NCBI GenBank assembly: GCA_025935195.1
Contig: JAICVS010000002.1
Span: forward strand, 7,246 to 71,245
Direction: 5' to 3'
Source of the DNA: Ktedonobacterales bacterium
Lineage (GTDB): Bacteria > Chloroflexota > Ktedonobacteria > Ktedonobacterales > JADMIN01
Length of the DNA: 64,000 nucleotides
The first letter of the stretch is position 1. Every line of letters begins with the position of its first letter. Both the position numbers and the translations under genes were made by a program. Under the pieces are notes generated by a model, which made no database searches, was not told the origin of the DNA, and saw only the letters and a program-made list of their open reading frames with translations. This document shows, one piece after another, positions 10,298-18,570 of the stretch.

Positions 10298-10627
10298 CTA
10301 CCGGCCTCGACCCTCGATGGTATGGACGACCGTCTCCAGAATCTTCGCGCCGCCGCTCAGCTCGCCCTTTACGTCCTTCTCGACGGTCTGAATGGCCGAG
10401 ACCATCGCGCGGATCGCCTCACCCACCAGCACCGTCAGCGCCGCCGCATAGCCCAGCGACAGTCCGATTACGGCCGCCGTGATGTGCGTCAGCGGCGTCA
10501 GCGCGTGCGGGGTAGAAGTGGCATACGCCACGCCCTCGGTGATTCCGCCCGCCACGATCAGGAACAGGAAGAAGACCAGGAAGACCCGGCCGATGGCCCG
10601 GCGCAGCGCGCCCAGCAGATGAAACAT
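10298..10627 (-). CDS. Small membrane protein (2 TM)
   Basis: MFHLLGAL...; two hydrophobic helices; stop 2 bp before the kinase start. Confidence 0.65.
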   Translation of the reverse strand: MFHLLGALRRAIGRVFLVFFLFLIVAGGITEGVAYATSTPHALTPLTHITAAVIGLSLGYAAALTVLVGEAIRAMVSAIQTVEKDVKGELSGGAKILETVVHTIEGRGR

Positions 10628-10859
10628 AGTGCTCGCGGCTTGCATACGTGCGCTCCTCGTGCTCGTGGGCATCCCCTCATCGCGGGTACTCGACATCTGA
10701 ATGAGACCCGGCACGGGGCGCGCGACGCGAGCGAGCGCCCTCGTGTACCGCGCGCAGTGTAGCACGAGCGATGCACGGCCGCCTAGCGCCATGCCCGCGG
10801 TACTATCTCACGGAATCTGCCAACGGTGTTCACGGGAACGTAGGATGCTCCTACCTCGC

Positions 10860-11873
10860 TCAGCCATCCATCCCCCACGCTGGCGGGAAGTCGGTGCGCG
10901 GGAAGACCGCGCGCGCCTCGGCCAGTAGGCGCATCCAGCCGTCGCGCCGGTAGCGATCCGAGACGTGGAAGAGGATCAGCTGGCCAACGTCCGCCCGCCG
11001 CGCCAGGCCCGCCACCGCCGAGGGTGTCATGTGGTAGTTGCGGGCGGCTAGATCGGCGTCTTCGTCGAGGTACTGGCACTCGCAGATCACCGTCTTGACC
11101 TCGCGCAACGCCACCGCCAGCCGCTCGTGCGCCGGCTCATCCAGCAGGAAGTCGGTCAGGTAGGCCAGTAATTCGCCCGGCGTCTCCAGCAGCAGCGCCG
11201 CGCGCAGCTTCTCCGCGTCATAGGGCGTCCCGGCGATTGTGATCGCCGCCCCATCCCCCGGCGCCCAGTCTTTCAGTTGGCGCAGCCACGCGCCCGGCGC
11301 CAGCCCCAGCTCCACCAGCCGCCCTTCATCTATGTTTAGCCGCGGCTTCTCGCGCACTAGATACGCCAGCGAGGGCGTCTGGTGGTCCATCCGCAACGCA
11401 TTGAGCGTGTACGCCGGCTCATCCAAGATCAGCCGCCCCGCCCGCGCACGCGCGCCCTCCGTGTGCGCCGTGGCGAACGCCTCAGCCGCGTCGAACCGCG
11501 CCGTCTCGATCCGATCTGGATAGATGTCATGCACGCGCCAGACGCCCGGCTCGCCTTCATACAGGTTCCAGAGAAAGCCGCGAAAGCGGTGGTGCAGGAT
11601 GCGAATGGTTTCCGGCGGACCCCAGACCTCGACCGGCTTCGTCGGGCGGTTGTAGTTCGCGCGGAAGAAGGTGTCGAAGCCGCCGATGTGGTCCATGTGC
11701 AGGTGCGAGAAGATCAGGTGATCTATCGCGCGTACCTCGCCAGGCTCCAGCGCTGAGGGGCAGCCCGCGCCGCAGTCGAAGAGCAGCCGGTGGACCGCCT
11801 GCCCCGTCTCGATGCGCGCGTAGGCCGCGTTGTCACTGCCGGCGTTCCCCAGCACCCGCCAGGAGATGCTCAC
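10860..11873 (-). CDS. Metallo-beta-lactamase fold hydrolase, RNase Z-like
   Basis: LLFDCG, SHLHMDH, LTD, YH, FHVSDRY. Confidence 0.85.
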   Translation of the reverse strand: MSISWRVLGNAGSDNAAYARIETGQAVHRLLFDCGAGCPSALEPGEVRAIDHLIFSHLHMDHIGGFDTFFRANYNRPTKPVEVWGPPETIRILHHRFRGFLWNLYEGEPGVWRVHDIYPDRIETARFDAAEAFATAHTEGARARAGRLILDEPAYTLNALRMDHQTPSLAYLVREKPRLNIDEGRLVELGLAPGAWLRQLKDWAPGDGAAITIAGTPYDAEKLRAALLLETPGELLAYLTDFLLDEPAHERLAVALREVKTVICECQYLDEDADLAARNYHMTPSAVAGLARRADVGQLILFHVSDRYRRDGWMRLLAEARAVFPRTDFPPAWGMDG

Positions 11874-12079
11874 GCCTGCTCCTCGTCCAGCGCGCGGTGC
11901 AGCTCGCCGATGCGCTGGCGGATGTCGTCCAGGCTGGTGACGCCCAGCTCCATCATCTCCTCTTCCAGGCTCTCCAGCCGCTCCAGCTCCAGCATCGTGT
12001 CGTACTCTTTCGGATCGAAGCCGGCGTCCAGCACCTCGTCATCCAGCTCGTCGTTGTTGTCACGCTTGTCGCTCGCCAT
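11870..12079 (-). CDS. Small acidic hypothetical protein (69 aa)
   Basis: GAGGAG RBS; stop overlaps the GTG start of the RNase Z-like gene (GTGA). Confidence 0.75.
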   Translation of the reverse strand: MASDKRDNNDELDDEVLDAGFDPKEYDTMLELERLESLEEEMMELGVTSLDDIRQRIGELHRALDEEQA

Positions 12080-12134
12080 CGTTTCGCTCCTCTTCCGCGC
12101 CGCGTAGACCGGCGGCGCCTGCCATGCTACATTT

Positions 12135-13475
12135 CTAAGCCCCAGCCAGGAAGACGGTCGAGGGATCGAGATAGCCCCAGCTTGGCGCCGTGTCCGCGTT
12201 GCTATCAACCAGTGCTGGCGCCGCGCCGTCGCGCACGCTCGCAACATACAGGCCCGTGTTCCCATGCGCCGGCTTCGCCAGCGGTGAGCCGCGCCATGTC
12301 GCGCCCGCATCGCTGGCGAACACGATGCGCGTGCTGTCCGCGCTCCACGGGCTGCCGCTTGCCGGACTCCAGAAGGCGTGCGCCGCGCCGCTTGTCGTTC
12401 CGCCCGTCGCGCCACCGGGCGCACTGAGCAGATTGGTGACGGTCCGCTGTCCCACGTCCACCAGCTTCAGGCCGCTCGTGTCGCGGACTAGCAGCGCGCT
12501 GCCATCCGGCGACCACCAGGCGAGCGCGTCCGCATCCGGCTCGCGCCACGAGAACAGCGGCGGCGCGTTGGCATCGAGTGCCCGCAGCACGAAGCCGTCG
12601 CTGGTGTGTACCAGCAGCTTCGCGCCATCGGGCGTGAACGCCGCATCCAGCAATCCTGTGAAGGTTCCCAGCGCGCGCGTTCCGCCGCGCAGGTCTTTGC
12701 GCGTCAGCGTCACCTGGCCGCCGGAGGCGGCGACGGGATAGACCAGCGCCTCGGCATGTGGCTGCCAGAGCAGGTGCGCGGGGCGCTTCGTTCCTGGCAA
12801 CGCCGGCAGCGCGCCACTCGCGACGATGTCCAGCGGCTTGCCCGGCTCGCCCAGCAGCACATTGCCGGCGTCGTCGAGCGCCGCCACACGCGCGCCATCG
12901 GTGGAGAGCACCGGGATGCTCGCCGCCTGTGAGAGCGGCTTGCGCGCGATGCCCACCGGCTGATCGCTCTGCGATGAGAAGTACAGGAACGGCCCCTGCC
13001 CGGCCGTGTCGCGCTCGCGGTAGAGCAGGCGGTTGCCCTGCGCGTTCCACCAGGCGTCGCCGCGTGTCACGCTTGCGTCGTCCGGTGTGATCTGCAAGCC
13101 GGAGCCGCCGTTGATGCTCACCGCCACCAGATTGCCCGGCGCGTCTGGCGCCGCGGGCGATCCCGCCGTTGGCGCGCTTGTGCCGCTCCCGCTGGCGCGG
13201 CGCACCACGAGCTGATGGTGATCGGGCGACCACGCGAAGCTCACCACGCCACTGCCGGCCAACTGGCGCGCGCCGGAGCCGTCGGCGTGCATCACCCACA
13301 ACTGGCCGCCGCGCAGGAACGCGACATCCTGCCCGCCGGCGCTGGCGGCGCAGCCCGCCAGGATGATGCACAGCGCGGTCAGGCCAGCCAAGCACGCCAG
13401 CGCCCCTGGCGCATTCACTCGCCGCCGCGCTCGGCCGAGCAGCCGTACACGCCGTGTATCCCCACACGTAGCCAT
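12135..13475 (-). CDS. TolB/PD40-like beta-propeller lipoprotein
   Basis: LAGC lipobox; WSPD, FTPDG, WSPDG, WSADS repeats; start uncertain. Confidence 0.75.
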   Translation of the reverse strand: MATCGDTRRVRLLGRARRRVNAPGALACLAGLTALCIILAGCAASAGGQDVAFLRGGQLWVMHADGSGARQLAGSGVVSFAWSPDHHQLVVRRASGSGTSAPTAGSPAAPDAPGNLVAVSINGGSGLQITPDDASVTRGDAWWNAQGNRLLYRERDTAGQGPFLYFSSQSDQPVGIARKPLSQAASIPVLSTDGARVAALDDAGNVLLGEPGKPLDIVASGALPALPGTKRPAHLLWQPHAEALVYPVAASGGQVTLTRKDLRGGTRALGTFTGLLDAAFTPDGAKLLVHTSDGFVLRALDANAPPLFSWREPDADALAWWSPDGSALLVRDTSGLKLVDVGQRTVTNLLSAPGGATGGTTSGAAHAFWSPASGSPWSADSTRIVFASDAGATWRGSPLAKPAHGNTGLYVASVRDGAAPALVDSNADTAPSWGYLDPSTVFLAGA

Positions 13476-13631
13476 ACGTATCCGTATCCCATTCACTCGA
13501 CGCATTCCGCGCCATTGTACTCGACTCGCGCCGCTGTAGCAGCGGGCGGTGGAAGATGGGCTAGCGCCCGTCCCGCCTGCCTCCCGCTTGCCGCGGCGCT
13601 CGTCCGTTGGTGGTGCGTGTCCGCCTCGCAC

Positions 13632-13640
13632 TGCTATAAT
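13632..13640 (+). promoter_or_regulatory. Extended -10 promoter element for chdC
   Basis: TGCTATAAT about 110 bp upstream of the ATG. Confidence 0.55.
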
Positions 13641-13752
13641 TTGGTAAGGAGCGTCCGCACCAGCGCCGTGGACCGCGCCCGCACCCCTTCCGGTTGGCAC
13701 GGGGCGGCCCAGCGAGCCACTGCTCATCACGGAGAGACATCGGAGAGACATC

Positions 13753-14562
13753 ATGGCCGAGACCACCACACCGCAATCAATCTACGTCGCCTACTGGCTC
13801 TACAAGCTCGACCCCACCTTTCATCGCCTGCGTGACGGCGAGCGCGATAGCGCCAGGGCTGAGTTTCTCCACGCGCTGGAGGCCCGCCCTGCCGATCTGA
13901 CGCTGCGCGGCGCGTATTCGCTCGAAGGCTTTCGCGCCGACGCGGACCTGATGTTCTGGGTGCATGGCCCCGATCTGGACGCCATCCAGCGTCTCGCCAT
14001 CGCCCTGCGCCACAGTGGACTCGGCCGCTATCTCGATGCCGTCGAGACGTACATAGGCGTCGTCACCCCCGCGCGCTACGATCCCGGCCACCAGCCTTCG
14101 TTCGTGATGGGCGCGCCGGCCAAGGACTTCATCAGCGTCTACCCCTTTGTGAAGACCACCGAGTGGTATCTGCTGCCCTTTGAGAAGCGGCGCGATCTGA
14201 TGGCCGAGCATGGCCTCGTCGGCCGCCACTACGCCGTCTCGCGCGAGAAGCTGCTCGCCTTCACCCACGACGGCGCGACGCGGAATGGCAAGGGAACGGG
14301 GACGGCAACCGCGACGGCGCCCGCGCCGACGGCGACCCTGGAAGAGGAAGAGGAGGGCGGCGGCGTCCTCGCCAACACGGTGGACTCCTTCGGCCTGGGT
14401 GACTACGAGTTCATCCTCGCCAACGAGTCCGACGATCCGACCGAGCTGTGCCGCATGATGGAGTCGCTGCGCAAGGTGGAGGTGCGCCGCTACACCAAGC
14501 TCGACACGCCGATCTACCTCGGCCGCCGCCGCGAGCCCGCCGACGCTGTCGCTGACCTGTAG
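13753..14562 (+). CDS. chdC: Chlorite dismutase family / coproheme decarboxylase (HemQ/ChdC)
   Basis: RADADLMFW, YPFVKTTEWYLL, MAEHG, ANT..SFGLGDYEF. Confidence 0.8.
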   Translation: MAETTTPQSIYVAYWLYKLDPTFHRLRDGERDSARAEFLHALEARPADLTLRGAYSLEGFRADADLMFWVHGPDLDAIQRLAIALRHSGLGRYLDAVETYIGVVTPARYDPGHQPSFVMGAPAKDFISVYPFVKTTEWYLLPFEKRRDLMAEHGLVGRHYAVSREKLLAFTHDGATRNGKGTGTATATAPAPTATLEEEEEGGGVLANTVDSFGLGDYEFILANESDDPTELCRMMESLRKVEVRRYTKLDTPIYLGRRREPADAVADL

Positions 14563-14653
14563 GCGGATGTGGGCTGACGTGTTGTCATGTGCTGGCTTCC
14601 CGGTATGATGCGATTTGACGAATGAACACGGACAGCCGTCATGCCGCCAGCCG

Positions 14654-14700
14654 GCGGTTAAAACCGCGACGTCCGGCCAAGCCGGACGGGAGAAGCGGCG
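14654..14700. repeat. Dispersed double-hairpin repeat (GCGGTT-NN-AACCGC + GTCCGG-CCAAG-CCGGAC), copy 1
   Basis: Second copy at 19631-19694. Confidence 0.65.
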
Positions 14701-14769
14701 AGGTGTCCACATCAATGCGTCAAACCGCATCATGCCGAGGCTCATCCTGGCAGGCACGCGCCGATGCTC

Positions 14770-14850
14770 TTGACACTCCCCGGCATCAATGCCGGGGTAA
14801 TCCCTGGGCATAGGCGGTGATACGCCAACGGCGCGGGCCAACTCAGTATC
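14770..14850 (-). repeat. ~85-bp dispersed unit with CCCCGGCAT-NN-ATGCCGGGG hairpin (IS605 right-end-like), copy A
   Basis: Minus strand reads GATTA-hairpin-AGTGTCAA; related copies at 18474, 44773, 47815, 63449, 63613. Confidence 0.7.
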
Positions 14851-14855
14851 TCTTG

Positions 14856-15052
14856 AACGGCAATGTTGACTGGGATGGTCACCATTGCCGTTTTTGCCGC
14901 TTTTCGCATGTTTTGTGAGCGACGATCCAGCCCAAAGCCTGAATTCAAGCCGTGTGCCGCGACCTGGCAACTTGACGTTTCGTGTTATGGGCGGCGAAAA
15001 CGGCAAGATGGGTGGCAAAAACGGCAAGAAACGGCAAGGGGATGTTGCCGTT
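14856..15052. repeat. ~200-bp MITE-like element with 8-bp terminal inverted repeats, copy 1
   Basis: AACGGCAA...TTGCCGTT ends; long identical blocks shared with 49295-49512 (inverted). Confidence 0.8.
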
Positions 15053-15188
15053 TTTGTTGGCGATCTTGCCGCGAGATGTTGCCGCGTGTCGCGCCGCCCA
15101 TGATCCACCGTCTTCATCACCGCCACCTCCCGGTATTCCCACGCCGCGCCGCTCCATCAGCGACACCGCGCGATAACTCGCCAGGAGT

Positions 15189-15218
15189 ATTGTGAAACAT
15201 TAGTTTCAATTTTGTCAA
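15189..15218 (-). promoter_or_regulatory. Orphan sigma70-type promoter containing palindrome TGAAAC-N4-GTTTCA
   Basis: Minus strand TTGACA, 18 bp, CACAAT; palindrome at 15193-15208; AT-rich island. Confidence 0.55.
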
Positions 15219-16128
15219 GCGGGAGCGGTGTGGGCGGGGTGTGCGGGGTGTGCTTGGCATTGGGCCGTGCGAATCTTAGTGCTTATATGCGCCTGCACTA
15301 CATAGCCGGAAGCATTGGAATGAACACCACGCAAGGCAAACGCCCACGCATCCGCGTAGCGACGAGTTCCTGAAATGGCGCCGGACCGATATGCTTAAAT
15401 CGCTGGACAATGTCAACATGTGCCAGTTCCATCTGACAATTCCCCAGCAGCTCGGCGTCCCTTGTCAGATGCGGCTATGGCTCGCCCGCAGATGGCGATG
15501 GTGACGGTGATGAGGGGACATGCACCTGAACATGCTCGAAGATGACTGTCATGGAGCGGGCCTGCCGCGCACCGTAGACGCCCCATAGCCATTGCTGGCC
15601 AATGCGCGCGCGCGATGCCCCCCATAGGCAGGCGTCCCGGCCCGCCAACCCAATGCGCCCAGGCGCTCCACGTCACGCCGTAGCGCTCGCTCCATCCCGC
15701 GTCCACGGTGAGGTACGCACACGGTGTGTGCGCCGCGCGTCCAGCGCCTCAGACGGTATGCCGAGGGCAAACGCTGGTCTGACGAGCGCGGCCCGCCGTT
15801 GCCCCTCCTGCCATGATGGACGCGGCACGCGCTCCCAATACCAGTGGAATCCCATTTTGACGACGCGCATCATGAGGTGTGTTTCTTTCGTTCACGATCC
15901 GCCACAAAAACACAGGCGGTCCATTTGCCCAAAGAGACGAACGGCACATCTGGACGGTCAAGAGAAATTACCTTCTACGGCACAGTGCCAGGCACTACAG
16001 CCATTCGCCGCGACCTTGACATGGCAGCAACACCCATACTATCGTGCGGCCAGCATCGCTATCTCGCATCCGCCGCATCTACGGCATCCACCGCGTCCAC
16101 CGGTTAGCAGCGAGGGAACCCGCGCGCC

Positions 16129-17247
16129 ATGACTCGCACCGTCTCGCTCATCCAGCTCGGCATCGGGCATGTCGGCGCCGCCGTGGTGGAGCTGGTGGTG
16201 AAGCGGGCCGCGCGCTGGCGCGACGACTATGACATCGCCGTGCGCTACGCGGTGCTGGCCGACTCGACGGCGATGGTGGCCGCTCCTGAGGGCGAGCTAG
16301 ACGGTCCGCTGGCGCACGCGCTGGCCGGCGCGCTGGAGCGGCGCCACGCCGGCCTGCCGCTCGCCAGCTTTCCCGACGCCGTCGCCTGGGATAATACGGA
16401 TGCGGTGCTGGAAGGCACGCTTGCCCGCGCGGCCGCGCCTGAGGATGTGGTCGTGCTGGACTGCGCGACGGGCGAGCGCACCACGCCGCTGCTGCTGGCG
16501 GCGCGCGCCGCGGGCGCGTCCATCGTGCTTGCCAACAAAGATCCGTTGGCGGGGCCGCTGGAGCGGTTCCGCGCCCTGGTGGGCGGGGCGGGGCGCGGCT
16601 CGCTGCGCCTGAGCGCGACGGTTGGGGCGGGGCTGCCCATCGCCGCCACGCTCGCGGCGCTGATCGCCAGCGGTGATACGCTGCTGGCGCTGGATGCGCG
16701 CGCCAGCGGCTCGTTGGGGTTTCTCTGCGACCGGCTCTCAGCCGGCGCGCGCTTCGATGCGGCGCTGCGTGAGGCGATGGCGCGCGGCTACACCGAGCCG
16801 GACCCACGCCAGGACCTCTCCGGCTTCGATGTGGCGCGCAAGCTGCTCATCCTCGCGCGGCTGGCCGGCGGCGACGCGGAGCTGGCGGATGTGCATGTGG
16901 AAAGCCTGGCGCCACCGGGCGCCGAGACGCTGGAGCGCGATACGTTCCTCGCGCGGCTGCCGCGCTACGCGGATCACCTGGCGGAGCGCGCTGAGGCCGC
17001 ACGGGCGCACGGCCGGGTGCTGCGCTACGTCGGGCGCATTGACGAGCGGGGGGCGCCGCGGGCGGAGCTGGTGGACCTGCCGGCCGACGCGCCGCTGGCG
17101 CGGGGCGGCGGGCCGGAGAACGTCTTCGTCTTGCGGACGGCGCGCTACGACACCACCCCGCTCACGATCAGCGGTCCGGGGGCCGGCGTGAGCGTGACGT
17201 CGGGGGCGGTCGTGGCCGATCTGCTGCGCGCGCTGGGGGTCGCGTGA
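16129..17247 (+). CDS. hom: Homoserine dehydrogenase
   Basis: GIGHVG, LANK, ATVGAGLP, GYTEPDPRQDLSGFDVARKLLIL, GPGAG. Confidence 0.92.
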   Translation: MTRTVSLIQLGIGHVGAAVVELVVKRAARWRDDYDIAVRYAVLADSTAMVAAPEGELDGPLAHALAGALERRHAGLPLASFPDAVAWDNTDAVLEGTLARAAAPEDVVVLDCATGERTTPLLLAARAAGASIVLANKDPLAGPLERFRALVGGAGRGSLRLSATVGAGLPIAATLAALIASGDTLLALDARASGSLGFLCDRLSAGARFDAALREAMARGYTEPDPRQDLSGFDVARKLLILARLAGGDAELADVHVESLAPPGAETLERDTFLARLPRYADHLAERAEAARAHGRVLRYVGRIDERGAPRAELVDLPADAPLARGGGPENVFVLRTARYDTTPLTISGPGAGVSVTSGAVVADLLRALGVA

Positions 17248-17364
17248 GGCATGTCGGTGGCATGTCGGTGGCATGTCGTACGATGCGTGGAGATGGAGTT
17301 GGGTAGGCTGGCGTGGCCGTCCCGGCATGGCCCGAAAGTCCGCTGGACTGTCTGCCGGCCGTGC

Positions 17365-17393
17365 TTGCGACGCCTGTAGGTGAGTGCTATACT
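17365..17393 (+). promoter_or_regulatory. sigma70 promoter of the sigma factor gene
   Basis: TTGCGA, 17 bp, (TGC)TATACT. Confidence 0.55.
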
Positions 17394-17430
17394 GCGCGGG
17401 CAGTAGTCCCAGAGGATCGAGCGGTAACCC

Positions 17431-18360
17431 ATGAATAGCGATGACCGCGTGGCGGCGCGCGAGGCCGAACGAGCGGCGGCGAGCGAGCGAGAGCCTGTCG
17501 TAGAAGCCGATGCCGGCGACCTGAGCAGCCTGGCCCAGAGCGACAGCTTACGGCTCTATCTGCGTGAAATCTCGCGCATCCCGCTCCTCTCGGCGCAGCG
17601 CGAGCTGGAGCTGGCGCGGCGGGTCGAGGCCAATGACCGCGAGGCGCGCAACCACCTCATCGAGGCCAATCTGCGGCTCGTCGTCAGTATTGCCAAACGC
17701 TACGTCGGCCAGGGGTTGGCGCTCGAAGACCTCGTTGGCGAGGGCAACATCGGCCTCATTCGCGCCGTCTCGAAGTTCGATCCCAGCAAGGGCTTCCGCT
17801 TCTCCACCTACGCGACGTGGTGGATCAAGCAGGCGATCACCCGCTCCATCCTCGAAGGCACCCGCGCCGTCCGCCTGCCCGTCTATATCATGGAAGAGGT
17901 GATGCGCGTCAAGCGTGTCACACGGCAGCTCTATCAGGAGCTTGGGCGCGATCCCACGACGGCACAGATCGGCGAGCGCCTGGGTATCTCGGCGGAGCGC
18001 GTGAGCGAGCTGCTGGTGTGGGCTGAGAAGGTCTTCTCGCTGGACGCGCCGCTCTCTGAAGAGGAAGAGAACTCGCTGGGCGACATCATCGAGGATCCGA
18101 ACGCGCAGGGGCCGTCCGAGACCACCGACCGCGCACTGCTGCGCGAAGAGGTGCGACGGGTGCTGAATAACCTCACGCTGCGCGAGCGCCAGGTGATCGA
18201 GCTGCGCTTCGGCCTGGTGGACGACCACGACCACACGCTCGAAGAGGTGGGCAAGCGGCTGAAAGTCACCCGTGAGCGCGTGCGCCAGATCGAGGAGCGC
18301 GCCATCCGCAAGCTGCGCCACCCGCAATCCAGCCGCATTCTGCGCGACTACCTGGACTAG
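17431..18360 (+). CDS. RpoD/SigA-family sigma-70 factor lacking region 1.1 (group 2-like)
   Basis: [45 protein letters not shown]. Confidence 0.92.
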   Translation: MNSDDRVAAREAERAAASEREPVVEADAGDLSSLAQSDSLRLYLREISRIPLLSAQRELELARRVEANDREARNHLIEANLRLVVSIAKRYVGQGLALEDLVGEGNIGLIRAVSKFDPSKGFRFSTYATWWIKQAITRSILEGTRAVRLPVYIMEEVMRVKRVTRQLYQELGRDPTTAQIGERLGISAERVSELLVWAEKVFSLDAPLSEEEENSLGDIIEDPNAQGPSETTDRALLREEVRRVLNNLTLRERQVIELRFGLVDDHDHTLEEVGKRLKVTRERVRQIEERAIRKLRHPQSSRILRDYLD

Positions 18361-18473
18361 CCCGGCCGGCAAGCCGCCGCATGCTTTGCCTTCTCCCTCA
18401 TGCCGCTGCCGCGCGCCTTGTTGTTTGTCAACAGATCATACCAAGCCGGGTTGAGACGTTGTGGTATGCGCGC

Positions 18474-18556
18474 TTCCTGGCATTTATGCCAGGGGGTAAT
18501 CCCGGCCCATCAGGCGAAGCGGATAGGCCAACAACGCGACACCATGCGGTAGCACG
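18474..18556 (-). repeat. ~85-bp hairpin unit, copy B
   Basis: CCTGGCATTTATGCCAGG-GGGTAATCCCGG...GCGGATAGGCCAAC. Confidence 0.65.
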
Positions 18557-18570
18557 TGCGCGAGGTGCGT

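Noticed and set aside
13777-15126. 449-aa minus-strand ORF (and 49185-49700 plus) reading the 200-bp element in the same frame, each with an RBS-like sequence
   Set aside because: Conserved blocks are identical at DNA level while the spacers change mostly non-synonymously, which suggests nucleotide-level rather than protein constraint; the rest is the antisense shadow of chdC
15322-15390. GGCAAAC motif suggesting a c-di-GMP-I riboswitch
   Set aside because: No GNRA-capped P2 stem or downstream GACGCAAAG partner was found
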